A stretch of DNA of 63,567 nt, counting the filler. It is 5 parts of 5 records of this genome, joined end to end, with 100 filler letters (N's around TTAATTAATTAA, not from the genome) between each part and the next. Parts side by side here need not be neighbours in the genome. Positions count along the whole stretch, not along the records: positions 1 to 25,489 come from DRR723986_2330; 4 more parts are not named here. One strand, given 5' to 3'. Position 1 is the stretch's first letter. Each line of letters starts with the position of its first letter. The notes beneath the pieces are model-generated. The model saw only the letters and a program-made list of their open reading frames with translations, was not told where the DNA came from and did no database searches. The position numbers and the translations under genes are program-made. This document shows, piece by piece, positions 1 through 10,097 of this stretch.

Positions 1-738
1 CCGCGCACCGAAGTGTTCGAACTGCCCTTCGTCTACGTGAACGACCCGGTGGCCACGAACCTTGCCATGTACGACATGTTCGACAGCGACCTGCGCCAGG
101 AATACCAGGGCGTCGAGGTGATGTTCCTGCACGTCCATGCCGGTCAGGGCATCCACATGGTCGACCGCGAGGTGCGCAGTCCAGCCGACCTTGACGGCCT
201 GCGGATGCGCATCCCGACCCGTACCGGGGCGTGGATCATCGAAGCGCTTGGCGCGACGCCTGTCGCCATGCCGGTGCCGGAACTGCCGCAGGCGCTGCAA
301 ACCGGCGTTGTGGACGGGGCCTTCATCCCGTGGGAAATCATCCCGCCGCTGCGCATTCAGGAACAGACCGAATACCAGATCGAAGGCGCCGACATGGCCC
401 GCTTCGGCACCACGACGTTTCAGGTCTCGATGAATGCCGACCGCTGGAACAGCCTGCCCGAGGATATCCAGGCCGCCTTCCGCGAGGCATCCAACCGCGA
501 ATGGTGGGGCCAGGTGGGCGAGATTTGGCGTGCATCTGACGATTTCGGCATCAACATGGCCGTGAACGCGGGCAACACCCATGTCACCCTGACCGAGGAT
601 GAAACCGCCGCCTTCCAGGCCGCCCTGGAACCGGTCGTCGACCGCTGGATCGAGGAAGTGGCCAGCATGGGGATCGACGGCACGGCTCTGGTCGCCGCAG
701 CGCGCGCCGCCATCGCGGCCAACGCCTCTGATATGTGA
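1..738 (+). CDS. dctP: TRAP transporter substrate-binding protein (5'-truncated by window edge)
   Basis: Open frame from base 1 (PRTEVFELPF...); DctP motifs DLDGLRMRIP, LGATPVAMP, LQTGVVDG; followed by dctQ/dctM. Confidence 0.92.
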   Translation, partial: PRTEVFELPFVYVNDPVATNLAMYDMFDSDLRQEYQGVEVMFLHVHAGQGIHMVDREVRSPADLDGLRMRIPTRTGAWIIEALGATPVAMPVPELPQALQTGVVDGAFIPWEIIPPLRIQEQTEYQIEGADMARFGTTTFQVSMNADRWNSLPEDIQAAFREASNREWWGQVGEIWRASDDFGINMAVNAGNTHVTLTEDETAAFQAALEPVVDRWIEEVASMGIDGTALVAAARAAIAANASDM

Positions 739-1283
739 TGGAGGCGGTTGCCCATCATACCCGTCGCACCGGCTGGACCGGTGCGGCGGAAACCCTGATC
801 ACCGTCTGGGGTATCCTGGGCGGTGTCATGGTTCTGGCCGTTGTGCTGATGAACGTCTGGTCGGTGATCAGCGCGTTCGGGGTCTGGTCGACCCTTTTCC
901 CGGACACGAACATCACCTTTCAGGGCGATTTCGAACTGACCCAGATGGGCATCGCCATCGCGGCCTTTGCCTTCCTGCCCTATTGCCAGATTTCCGGCGC
1001 CAACGTGACCGCCGATATCTTCACGTCGCGCGCCTCGCCGCTTTGGGTTGCGATCTTTGCGCTGGTTGCATCGGTGGTGGCGCTGATCTTCGGCTGCCTG
1101 CTGCTCTATGCCATGTATGGCGGGATGCTGAGCCAACGGCAGTACAACTACACCACCGCCATCTTGCAGGTGCCGATCTGGTGGGCCTATCTGCCCTGTC
1201 TTCTGTCGCTGGTCCTGCTGGCTGTGGCCTCGCTCATCACCCTTATTGAAAACATGGGCAAGACCGCCCGCGGCGGAACCTGA
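738..1283 (+). CDS. dctQ: TRAP transporter small permease
   Basis: TGATG overlap with dctP stop; about 4 hydrophobic segments; GDFEL...LPYCQ...NVTADIF typical of DctQ. Confidence 0.88.
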   Translation: MEAVAHHTRRTGWTGAAETLITVWGILGGVMVLAVVLMNVWSVISAFGVWSTLFPDTNITFQGDFELTQMGIAIAAFAFLPYCQISGANVTADIFTSRASPLWVAIFALVASVVALIFGCLLLYAMYGGMLSQRQYNYTTAILQVPIWWAYLPCLLSLVLLAVASLITLIENMGKTARGGT

Positions 1284-1288
1284 GCCCC

Positions 1289-2641
1289 ATGCTTGATCCC
1301 ATCACCCTCGGACTGATCAGCCTTGTCGTGCTGATCGTGCTGATCGCCCTTCGGATGCCGATTGCCTATGCCATGATCCTTGTGGGCGGCGTCGGCACGG
1401 TCATCATGAACGGCCCCTTTACGGTTCTGAACCAGCTCAAGACTTTGGCCTACGGACAGTTCTCCAACTACGGGCTGTCGGTGGTGCCGATGTTCGTGCT
1501 GATGGGGGCCATCGCCAGCCGCGTGGGCCTGTCCAAGGCGCTGTTCCGGGGCGCGAATGCGTGGCTGGGATGGGCACCGGGCGGCACCGCCATGGCTGCC
1601 ATCGCGGGCTGCGCGGGCTTTGGCGCGGTATCGGGGTCATCACTCGCCACGGCATCGACCATGGGCCGCATCGCTCTGCCGGAACTCAAGCGGTTCAACT
1701 ATTCGGGGTCTCTGGCCACCGGGTCACTTGCGGCAGGCGGCGTGCTTGGCATTCTCATTCCGCCCTCGGTCGTGCTGATCATCTATTCGATCATCGTCGA
1801 GGCCAATATCGTAACGATGTTCATGGCCGCGATGATCCCCGGCATCATGGCGGTGTTCTTCTTCCTGATCACGATCCTGATCTATGTGCTGATCCGGCCC
1901 GACGCAGGCCCCAAGGGCGGCGCCGCTGACAGGGCCGAGTTCATCGCAGCCACCCTTGGCGTGCTACCGGTGGTGGCCATCTTCGCCCTCGTCCTTGGCG
2001 GCATCTATGGCGGCTTCTACAACCCCACCCCCGGTGCCGCCATGGGGGTGTTTCTGGTCGCGGTCTACGGCCTTGCCCGGCGGAACCTGTCCTGGGCCGA
2101 CACGATCGACAGCCTCAAGGAAACCGCCCAGACCACCGGCATGATCTACCTGATCCTTCTGGGGGCGGAGCTGATGAAGATCTTCATGTCCCGCATCCGG
2201 ATGCCGCAGGCCACTGCCGAATGGATCTCGGGTTCAGGTCTTGAACCGATGACGGTGCTGGTTCTGCTGCTGATTGCGCTGATCCTTCTGGGCTGCCTGA
2301 TGGATTCGCTGTCGATGATCCTGCTGGTCATCCCGTTCTTCTGGCCGGTGCTGGTGGAACTGAATGGCGGTCTTTACGCCTTTGGCCCCGACACCGGCTT
2401 CGGGATGAGCACCGAGGACCTGAAGATCTGGTTCGGGATATTAGCGCTGATCGTGGTCGAGCTTGGGCTGATCACGCCCCCTGTGGGGATGAATGTCTTC
2501 GTCATCTCGGCGCTCGCCAAGGACACCCCGATGATCGACACGTTCAAGGGCGTCATGCCCTTCTTCGGGGCCGAGATCGTGCGTGTCGTGGTGCTGATCA
2601 TGTTCCCGGCGATTGTTCTCTGGCTGCCATCCGTGATGTAG
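1289..2641 (+). CDS. dctM: TRAP transporter large permease
   Basis: 450 aa polytopic membrane protein with GAVSGSSLATA, GILIPPS and LITPPVGMNVFV DctM motifs. Confidence 0.95.
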   Translation: MLDPITLGLISLVVLIVLIALRMPIAYAMILVGGVGTVIMNGPFTVLNQLKTLAYGQFSNYGLSVVPMFVLMGAIASRVGLSKALFRGANAWLGWAPGGTAMAAIAGCAGFGAVSGSSLATASTMGRIALPELKRFNYSGSLATGSLAAGGVLGILIPPSVVLIIYSIIVEANIVTMFMAAMIPGIMAVFFFLITILIYVLIRPDAGPKGGAADRAEFIAATLGVLPVVAIFALVLGGIYGGFYNPTPGAAMGVFLVAVYGLARRNLSWADTIDSLKETAQTTGMIYLILLGAELMKIFMSRIRMPQATAEWISGSGLEPMTVLVLLLIALILLGCLMDSLSMILLVIPFFWPVLVELNGGLYAFGPDTGFGMSTEDLKIWFGILALIVVELGLITPPVGMNVFVISALAKDTPMIDTFKGVMPFFGAEIVRVVVLIMFPAIVLWLPSVM

Positions 2642-2720
2642 CAGGTGGGGGCGCGGATTGCCCCCATTTACCCAATCCTGAAAATGGTGAACTCTGTCTG
2701 AAACAGAGCAGGGCAAGCAG

Positions 2721-4322
2721 ATGAAAGACTACGGACAATTCGACTACGTGATCGTGGGTGCAGGCTCGGCGGGCTGCGTTCTGGCCAATCGCCTGTCCGA
2801 AGACCCGCGCGTCAATGTCCTGCTGCTGGAGGCCGGGGGCCGCGACAATTACATCTGGGTCAAGATCCCGGTTGGCTACCTCTATTGTATCGGCAACCCG
2901 CGCACCGACTGGATGTTCTCAACCGAGGCAGAGCCGGGGCTTGGCGGCCGGTCGATCCTTTACCCGCGCGGGCGTATTCTGGGGGGATGTTCCGCCATCA
3001 ACGGCATGATCTACATGCGCGGACAGGCCCGCGACTATGATCAATGGCGACAGATGGGCAATCCCGGTTGGGGCTGGGACGATGTGCTGCCCTACTTCCT
3101 CAAATCCGAAGATCATTTCGCGGGCGCGTCCGAGCATCACGGCGCGGGTGGCGAATGGCGGGTGGAAAAACCCCGGCTCAGCTGGGACATCCTTGACCGG
3201 TTCGCAGATGCCGCCGAAGCCGCGGGCATTCCCCGCACCGATGATTTCAACCGGGGCAATAACGAAGGCGTGGGCTATTTCCAGGTCAACCAGCGGCGCG
3301 GCTGGCGCTGGTCCACGGCGCGCGGCTTTCTTCGGCCCGCCAGTGACCGACAGAATCTGACCGTGCTGACCGGCGCACATGCGCAGGGGCTGATGCTGGA
3401 GGGGCGCAAGGCCACCGGCATCCGCTTCCTCAAGGATGGTCAGCCCGCAATCGCCAAGGCCGGGCGAGAGGTGATCCTGTCGGCGGGGGCCATCGGGTCG
3501 CCACAGATCATGATGCTTTCCGGCATCGGACCGGGCCAGCATTTGCAGGATCACGGGATTGAGGTGGCCCATGAGATGGCGGGCGTCGGCGGCAACCTGC
3601 AAGACCATTTGCAACTGCGCCTGTCCTACCGGGTTGAAGGCGTGAAGACCCTGAACCAGATGGCATCCACGATGTTCGGAAAGGCCAGAATCGGTCTAGC
3701 CTATGCGTTGCGCCGTCGCGGGCCGATGTCGATGGCGCCCTCTCAGCTCGGGGCTTTTGCAAAATCCGATCCCTCGCTAGAGACGCCCGATCTGGAATAC
3801 CACGTCCAGCCGCTGTCCCTGCCCAAGTTCGGCGAAGATCTGGATCCGTTCCCGGCCTTCACCGCGTCCGTGTGCAACCTCAGGCCAGAGGCGCGCGGCG
3901 ATGTGCGCCTGAAGTCCCCCAACCCCGGCGACGCCCCGGCGATCCGGCCCAATTACCTCAGCACCGAGGCCGACAGGATCGTCGCGGCCCGGTCCATCCA
4001 GCTGACCCGCCGCATTGTGGCACAGGCCCCTCTGGCAGAGTTCAACCCGCAGGAAATCCGCCCCGGTGCCGAATACGCATCAGAGGCGGAATTGATCGAG
4101 GCCGCGGGTCAGATCGGCACCACCATATTCCACCCCGTCGGCACCGCCCGCATGGGCGACGGCCCCGGCGCGGTCGTGGATGCCCGGCTGAAGGTTCACG
4201 GAATGGAGGGGCTGCGCGTCGTCGATGCCTCGATCATGCCGACGATCACGTCTGGCAACACCAACTCGCCGACGGTGATGATCGCCGAAAAGGCAGCTGA
4301 CATGATCCGGTCAGGTCTCTGA
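2721..4322 (+). CDS. GMC family oxidoreductase (choline dehydrogenase-like)
   Basis: GAGSAG FAD motif, GGCSAINGMIYMRG, GNLQDH, FHPVGTARMG, SGNTNSPT. Confidence 0.93.
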   Translation: MKDYGQFDYVIVGAGSAGCVLANRLSEDPRVNVLLLEAGGRDNYIWVKIPVGYLYCIGNPRTDWMFSTEAEPGLGGRSILYPRGRILGGCSAINGMIYMRGQARDYDQWRQMGNPGWGWDDVLPYFLKSEDHFAGASEHHGAGGEWRVEKPRLSWDILDRFADAAEAAGIPRTDDFNRGNNEGVGYFQVNQRRGWRWSTARGFLRPASDRQNLTVLTGAHAQGLMLEGRKATGIRFLKDGQPAIAKAGREVILSAGAIGSPQIMMLSGIGPGQHLQDHGIEVAHEMAGVGGNLQDHLQLRLSYRVEGVKTLNQMASTMFGKARIGLAYALRRRGPMSMAPSQLGAFAKSDPSLETPDLEYHVQPLSLPKFGEDLDPFPAFTASVCNLRPEARGDVRLKSPNPGDAPAIRPNYLSTEADRIVAARSIQLTRRIVAQAPLAEFNPQEIRPGAEYASEAELIEAAGQIGTTIFHPVGTARMGDGPGAVVDARLKVHGMEGLRVVDASIMPTITSGNTNSPTVMIAEKAADMIRSGL

Positions 4323-5246
4323 CCTTGTGTGCAGCCAGCCAAGCAGCAGCGGCGTCAGGTACATCGGAAACTGATAGCAGGCGATGAAGGGCAACAGCGC
4401 GTCCACCGTCGCGGCAGGCAGCGCCACAAGGAACAGCGCCACGTTGCGGTTGCCCGCGATGATCGACAGCGCAACCTCGTGCGAGGTTCGGGCGCGCAAG
4501 ACCAGAAACGCTGCCAGTTGCAGCCCAAAATTGGCGGCAAAGACCACGGCCAGCCAGATCCCGACCGCCTGCCAGCCAGAGGCGATCAGCGGCGCGACCC
4601 CTGCCATCAGCCCGATGACAATGATCGCCAGCAGAACCACCCCTACCCCATCCAACTGACGGATCTGCGCCGCATCGGGGCGCGGCAGTATCAGCCTGCG
4701 CGCGCCAAAGCCAAGCGCCACCGCCCCCGCCACGACCGCGACCAACCGCCCGGCAGCGGCCAGCACGTCCCCCGACCCCGGCATCGCGCCCTGCATCAGC
4801 CACAGCACCGGCAGCACCGTCAGCGGGAAAAGCGCGGTGCCGAAGATCAGGATCTGCATCGCCGGGGCCGGATCCTTGCCCGCCAGCACCACGAAATTGG
4901 GTGCCCCGGTGATCGACGGGGCCGACAGCATCAACATCACCGCCAGCGCCGGGATCGTGTCGATGACCCCTGCCAGCGTGAAGACCGCAAAGCCCAGAAC
5001 CGGCAGCACCAGTTGCAGGGCCACCACGTCGCGCAGCGGTCGCCACAGCCGGGTCAACTGCCCGATGGTTTCCGCCGGGCCGATCCGAAAGGCCGAGAAG
5101 AACAGCAAAACGGCCACCATCCACGGAAGATGGGGCCGCATTGCCTGTGCCAGTCCGGGCAGGGAGATCCCGGCAATCAACCCCGCCACAAGAACGAGGC
5201 GGCCGTGGCGGGCGCAAAACTCCAGCGCCCGCCCGATTGTCTGCAT
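4311..5246 (-). CDS. Uncharacterised polytopic membrane protein, bile acid:Na+ symporter-like
   Basis: ATG overlaps the dctM stop (TGATG); about 9-10 hydrophobic segments; GNRNVALF and YQFPMYLTP motifs. Confidence 0.65.
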   Translation of the reverse strand: MQTIGRALEFCARHGRLVLVAGLIAGISLPGLAQAMRPHLPWMVAVLLFFSAFRIGPAETIGQLTRLWRPLRDVVALQLVLPVLGFAVFTLAGVIDTIPALAVMLMLSAPSITGAPNFVVLAGKDPAPAMQILIFGTALFPLTVLPVLWLMQGAMPGSGDVLAAAGRLVAVVAGAVALGFGARRLILPRPDAAQIRQLDGVGVVLLAIIVIGLMAGVAPLIASGWQAVGIWLAVVFAANFGLQLAAFLVLRARTSHEVALSIIAGNRNVALFLVALPAATVDALLPFIACYQFPMYLTPLLLGWLHTRSET

Positions 5247-6556
5247 CACTGCGGAACCGATCGCATCGATTCCGGCAGCCACAGCGCCAGCTCCGGGAAC
5301 CAGATCAGCACGAAGCACATCAGCACCATGATCGCGAACATCGGCAGCGCCGCCTTGGCGATATAGCTCATCTCATGCCCGGTCATGCCTTGCAAAACGA
5401 ACAGGTTGAACCCGATCGGCGGTGTGATCTGGGCCATCTCGACGACGACGATGACGAAGATGCCGAACCAGATCAGGTCGATCCCGGCCTCCAGCACCAT
5501 GGGTTCCACAACCGCCATGGTCAGCACCACCGATGAAATGCCATCGAGGAACATGCCGAGGATGATGTAGAAGACCAGCAGCATCATCAGCAGTTCGAAC
5601 CGGCTCAGCTCCATCGCCGCGATGCCGTCGGCCAGGGCGCGGGGCAAGCCGGTGAAGCCCATGGACAGCTTGAGGAAGGCCGCCCCGGCAAGGATCAGCA
5701 TGATCATGGCCGAGGTTCGCGTGGCTCCCATCAGGCTCTCGCGGAAGCTGTCCCAGGTCAGGGACCGCTGGCTTGCGGCCAGGGCCAGCGACCCGATCAC
5801 GCCGATGGCGGCGGCTTCGGTCGCGGTTGCGGTGCCAGTATACATCGACCCGATCACCACAAAGATCAGCAGCATCACCGGGATCAGGAATCGCGAGTTC
5901 TTGACCTTCTGCGAAAAGCTAAGCGCCGTTTCCAAGGTCGGTTGCCAGCCCTTCGAGAGGAAGGAATAGGCCGCCACATAGCCCATGAACATCAGCGCCA
6001 GCACCAGGCCAGGGAACACCCCCGCGAAGAAAAGCTCGGTGATCGATTGGTTGACCGCAACGCCGTAGACGATCAGCGCCAGCGAGGGCGGGATCATCAG
6101 GCCGAGCGTCGCTGCACCCGCAAGCGTGCCGATGACGATATGTTCGGGGTATTTGCGCGCCCGGAGTTCGGGGATCGACATCTTGCCCACGGTGGTCAGA
6201 GTTGCCGCCGAAGAGCCAGAGACCGCCGCGAAGACCGTACATCCGACGATGTTGGTATGCACCAGACCGCCGGGCAACCGCGCCAGCCAGGGAGACAGGC
6301 CGCGGAACATGTCCTCGGACAGCCGCGTTCGGTACAATATCTCGCCCATCCATATGAACAGAGGCAAGGCTGTAATGGTCCAGCTGGAGGACGAGGCCCA
6401 GATCGTGGTGATCATGGTGTCGCCCACGGGGCGAGAGGTGAAAAGCTCCATCCCCACCCAGGCTACACCCATCAGGGCAATCCCGACCCAGACACCGGTG
6501 CCAAGCAGGAAGAAGAGAACCGCGAGAAAGATAATGATGGCAAGAAGTTCGGTCAT
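5246..6556 (-). CDS. dctM: TRAP transporter large permease
   Basis: AAVSGSSAAT, LGLMIPPS, QITPPIGFNLFV motifs. Confidence 0.95.
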   Translation of the reverse strand: MTELLAIIIFLAVLFFLLGTGVWVGIALMGVAWVGMELFTSRPVGDTMITTIWASSSSWTITALPLFIWMGEILYRTRLSEDMFRGLSPWLARLPGGLVHTNIVGCTVFAAVSGSSAATLTTVGKMSIPELRARKYPEHIVIGTLAGAATLGLMIPPSLALIVYGVAVNQSITELFFAGVFPGLVLALMFMGYVAAYSFLSKGWQPTLETALSFSQKVKNSRFLIPVMLLIFVVIGSMYTGTATATEAAAIGVIGSLALAASQRSLTWDSFRESLMGATRTSAMIMLILAGAAFLKLSMGFTGLPRALADGIAAMELSRFELLMMLLVFYIILGMFLDGISSVVLTMAVVEPMVLEAGIDLIWFGIFVIVVVEMAQITPPIGFNLFVLQGMTGHEMSYIAKAALPMFAIMVLMCFVLIWFPELALWLPESMRSVPQ

Positions 6557-6560
6557 GTCA

Positions 6561-7097
6561 TCACTCCCCGAAGCTTTGATCGACGATATTGCTTCCCAGC
6601 CTGCTCTCGCCTTTGAACAGCACCGAGATCAGGTTATCGAGGAAGGCAATGGTCATGATGGCACCGCCAATGACCATGACGGATTGCGGGATCCATAACG
6701 GCGTGGCGTCTTGCGCCTGGCTGACCTCGTTGAACTTCCACGACCAGTAGACGAACCAGTAGGCGTAGAAGACGAAATAGGCCGATATCGTCGTGGCAAT
6801 CCCGAAACACCAGATTTCGAGCAGCCATTTCATCCGCTCCGGTACGGCGTTCAGAAGGATCGACACACGGATATGCGCGCCTCCGTTCAGGGCACTGGCA
6901 AAGGCCAGAAAGCTGGCGGCGGCCATCACATAGCCCGCATAGCTTGGAGCACCGGGAAAGATTTCGCCCGTCCAGCGGGCAACCATTTGGGCAACGATCA
7001 GAAGCAGGATAGCAATCAGACAAAGGGCAGCCATCACGCCGGATGTGATGTAAAGCCCGTCCAGAAAGGATCGCACAGCGCCGAGAATCCGGGACAT
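6561..7097 (-). CDS. dctQ: TRAP transporter small permease
   Basis: 178 aa, about 4 TM segments, GAHIRVS motif, between dctP and dctM. Confidence 0.9.
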   Translation of the reverse strand: MSRILGAVRSFLDGLYITSGVMAALCLIAILLLIVAQMVARWTGEIFPGAPSYAGYVMAAASFLAFASALNGGAHIRVSILLNAVPERMKWLLEIWCFGIATTISAYFVFYAYWFVYWSWKFNEVSQAQDATPLWIPQSVMVIGGAIMTIAFLDNLISVLFKGESRLGSNIVDQSFGE

Positions 7098-7174
7098 GGA
7101 TCAGCCTCGCGTTGAAAGGGGAAAAGAGGTGGAGGCGCGCGGCGTCACGCGCACCCCCGGATCATTGTGCAGGC

Positions 7175-8158
7175 TTACTGCTGCGCAGCCATGGCGGCGT
7201 GATAGGCCTCGACGATTTCACGGCCGGTATCGCCAGCATCCGCCAGCCATTCTTCGGTCATGATCGCGCCGATTTCACGCAGGTCTTCAACCAGTTCATC
7301 GCCCGCGCGCTGCACGGTCATGCCACCAGCGGCAAGCCCTGCCATGGTGAAGCCGGTGTATTCCCGTGCCCGCCAGGTGCCCGCATATTCCGCCATTCCG
7401 GCACAAGCGCGGATGATGTTCTGGTTGGCTTCCGAGGTGTCGGACCAGACATCAGCGTTCACGAACACGTAGTTGCGCGGCAGCCAGGCATCGACTTCGT
7501 AGAAGTGGCTCAGGCTTTCCCATACGCGGCGGTCATAGCCGGTGGCACCCGAGGACACCATGGACGAGGCCACACCGGTTGCGAAAGCCTGGCTGATTTC
7601 AGCGGCTTCGATGGTGACAGGCAACATGCCGGTCAGTTCCGCAAGTCGGTTGGTCGCGTTGCTGTAGGACCGGAAGCGGATGCCCGCCATATCGGCGACC
7701 GAGTTCACTTCCTGGTTGAAATACAGCCCCTGAGGCGGCCACGGCACGGAATAGATCAGAACCAGGTTCTGTTCGGCCAGAAGGTCGGTGATATAGGGCT
7801 CTGCGATTTCCCACAGCACGGCATGTTCGTCGAAGGACGATACCAGGAACGGGATCGAGTCGACGCCAAAGAGCGGGTTTTCGTTCTGGTGGCCCGACAG
7901 CAGCCGCTCACCGATCGGCACCTGGCCGGTCTGAACAGCACGCTTGATGTCCGCACCCGCGAACAGCGAACCGCCCGGATGGGTCACAATCTCGACATCG
8001 CCGCCGGTGCCGGTGGTCACACACTGGGCGAATTCCGCACCGGTCACCGAATGGAAGTTGGAACCGGAATAGGCCATCGGCATATCCCAGGTATCGGCCA
8101 GCGCCGGTCCTGCCAGCACGGTCGCCGCAGCGGCGAGGGTCAGTTTTAAGGTCTTCAT
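7175..8158 (-). CDS. dctP: TRAP substrate-binding protein, DctP6/DctP7 (pyroglutamate-binding)-like subfamily
   Basis: Signal peptide MKTLKLTLAAAATVLAGPALA; AAGGAG RBS; WDMPMAY, IKRAVQ, WPPQG, FRSY and AWLPRN motifs. Confidence 0.9.
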   Translation of the reverse strand: MKTLKLTLAAAATVLAGPALADTWDMPMAYSGSNFHSVTGAEFAQCVTTGTGGDVEIVTHPGGSLFAGADIKRAVQTGQVPIGERLLSGHQNENPLFGVDSIPFLVSSFDEHAVLWEIAEPYITDLLAEQNLVLIYSVPWPPQGLYFNQEVNSVADMAGIRFRSYSNATNRLAELTGMLPVTIEAAEISQAFATGVASSMVSSGATGYDRRVWESLSHFYEVDAWLPRNYVFVNADVWSDTSEANQNIIRACAGMAEYAGTWRAREYTGFTMAGLAAGGMTVQRAGDELVEDLREIGAIMTEEWLADAGDTGREIVEAYHAAMAAQQ

Positions 8159-8205
8159 GTCAGTCTCCTTGTTGGTTGCTGCATTCTTGGTCTTGTTATC
8201 TCGGG

Positions 8206-9447
8206 TCATCCTGCGAACCTTTGCGGGTCGTAGGGGGTCATATCCGTGTTGGGCCGCTGGCCGGTCATCATCTGCGCCAGCATCCGCCCGGTTTTCGGCC
8301 CGCCCGTCAGGCCGATATGGTGATGGCCGAACCCTGCGAAGACGCCGGTTCCCCGGACCTCTCCGATCAGCGGCAGGCTGTCCGTGGGGGCCGGGCGGTG
8401 GCCCTGCCATTCAATCTCATCCGTGGCCTGAAGCCGGGGGAAGGTCTGTGCCACCTGCCGCCTCAGCAGTTCGAACGGCGCCCGCGACGGCCCCGCGTCC
8501 AACCCGCCGAACTCTACCACACCCGCACACCTTACGCCCTGAGCCATTGGTGTGGCTACGAATTTTCCACTTGCGACCATGACTGGCACGCTCGGCCCGC
8601 CAGTCGCGTTCTCGAACACGATGTGATAGCCGCGTTCGGTTTCAATCGGCACGGTTATCCCCAGCTTCTTCATCAGCGGTTTCGACCAGACGCCGGTGGT
8701 CAGCACCACCTGATCGCAAGCGATCTCTCCCGTCGTTGTCTGCACCGCGCTGACTTTGCCATCCGTGAGGGTGAAATCCTTGACATCAGCGGTGCGGAAC
8801 GTGCCCCCGAGCGCTTCAAATTCCTTGGCCAGCGCCGCTACGTAGCCGCCCGGATCCCGGATAAAGCCGTGGTTCTTCATGACCGCCAGACAGCCGACAT
8901 TGTCGCCGAAGCAATCCTGATAGTCATGGACCGCAGCGCCTTCGATCATCTCCGGCACGAAGCCCCCCTCGCGGCGCAGGGTCCAGACATAGCTGTCTTT
9001 CTCGAACGCGGCGCGGTCTGCGTAGGCAAAGGTGTAATCCCCCTCGACCACCCATTCCTCGGCCTGGGTGCCACGGGCCAGCGCCATGTGCTGATCGACG
9101 CTGTCACCGATCACGCCATTCAGCCCCTCGGCAATGCGCCGCGTGTCGCGATCATTGGCGTGGCCCAGGTATTTCACCAGCCACGGGATCATGCGCGGCA
9201 TGTAGGACCAGCGCAGGAACAGCGGGAAATTCGGGTCCATCACATAGCCCGGCCCCTTGCGGATCAGCCCCGGCGTGGTCACCGGCACAATCGCGCAGGA
9301 CGCCAGCACACCGGCATTGCCGAACGAGGTGCCCTTCCCCGGCTCGCCCCGGTCCACAAGCACCACCTCGCGCCCCGCACGACGCAGCCAGATGGCTGTG
9401 GAAACCCCCACAATACCCGCGCCTATGACAACGATGCGACCGCTCAT
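8206..9447 (-). CDS. FAD-dependent D-amino acid dehydrogenase (DadA-like)
   Basis: IGAGIVG, GTSFGNAG, ERGYH, WQGHRP...DSLPLIG, GHHHIGLTGGP. Confidence 0.88.
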   Translation of the reverse strand: MSGRIVVIGAGIVGVSTAIWLRRAGREVVLVDRGEPGKGTSFGNAGVLASCAIVPVTTPGLIRKGPGYVMDPNFPLFLRWSYMPRMIPWLVKYLGHANDRDTRRIAEGLNGVIGDSVDQHMALARGTQAEEWVVEGDYTFAYADRAAFEKDSYVWTLRREGGFVPEMIEGAAVHDYQDCFGDNVGCLAVMKNHGFIRDPGGYVAALAKEFEALGGTFRTADVKDFTLTDGKVSAVQTTTGEIACDQVVLTTGVWSKPLMKKLGITVPIETERGYHIVFENATGGPSVPVMVASGKFVATPMAQGVRCAGVVEFGGLDAGPSRAPFELLRRQVAQTFPRLQATDEIEWQGHRPAPTDSLPLIGEVRGTGVFAGFGHHHIGLTGGPKTGRMLAQMMTGQRPNTDMTPYDPQRFAG

Positions 9448-9523
9448 GCGGGACACCCTCCGATCCAATTTCATTCAAAACCACCTGTCTCAGGCGATTC
9501 CCTTAGGTAAGCTTTGCTCGTTA

Positions 9524-9562
9524 TCGACAACACGTCAACATTTTGTTGACATTTTATCAGAA
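9524..9562. promoter_or_regulatory. Putative operator array for the adjacent winged-helix regulator
   Basis: Inverted repeat GTCAACA-ttt-TGTTGAC (9534-9550) within TCGACA/TCAACA/TTGACA units spaced 11 bp apart, in the divergent intergenic region. Confidence 0.6.
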
Positions 9563-9579
9563 ACCCGCAGTCTGCAATC

Positions 9580-10095
9580 ATGTCACGCACTGATCTTGGC
9601 CCCGTCGTATCCTCTGCCCATCTTGCCGATGGCAGCTTCCCGCAGATCTCGGAATTCGAGTATGGTCTGACCCTTGCCAACAACGCCTTTCAACGTTGGA
9701 TGATGCGGGCAATGGCGGCGTCCGGGCACCCGGACATGTCGGCGCTGGAGGTGCAGGTGATGCATTCCGTCCATCACCGGGGCCGCGCAAAGACGCTGGC
9801 TGACCTGTGCCTTGTGCTTGGTATCGAAGATACCCACACGGTGAACTACGCGATCAAGAAACTCGCCAAGGCCGGGCTGGTGCGCGAAGGTCGGCAGGGT
9901 AAGGAAAAGACCGTGACGGCGACCGAGGCGGGCGCGGCGGCGTGCGAACGGTATCGCGAGATCCGAGAGGCGCTTTTGTTGCGCGCGGTGAATGAACTGG
10001 GGTTCGAGCCGGACCAGATTTCCCGTCTCAGCACGCTGTTGCGCCTGATGTCCGGGCAGTATGACCAAGCGGCCCGCGCCGCGACGACCTACTAA
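9580..10095 (+). CDS. MarR-like winged-helix transcriptional regulator
   Basis: 171 aa; VSSAHLA...SEFEYGL...IEDTHTVNYAIKKL...YREIRE...SGQYDQAARAA; divergent from the dehydrogenase-TRAP operon. Confidence 0.85.
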   Translation: MSRTDLGPVVSSAHLADGSFPQISEFEYGLTLANNAFQRWMMRAMAASGHPDMSALEVQVMHSVHHRGRAKTLADLCLVLGIEDTHTVNYAIKKLAKAGLVREGRQGKEKTVTATEAGAAACERYREIREALLLRAVNELGFEPDQISRLSTLLRLMSGQYDQAARAATTY

Positions 10096-10097
10096 GG

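Noticed and set aside
2721..4322. Call as betA (true choline dehydrogenase)
   Set aside because: No betB/betI/betC context and only generic GMC motifs; the substrate is unknown.
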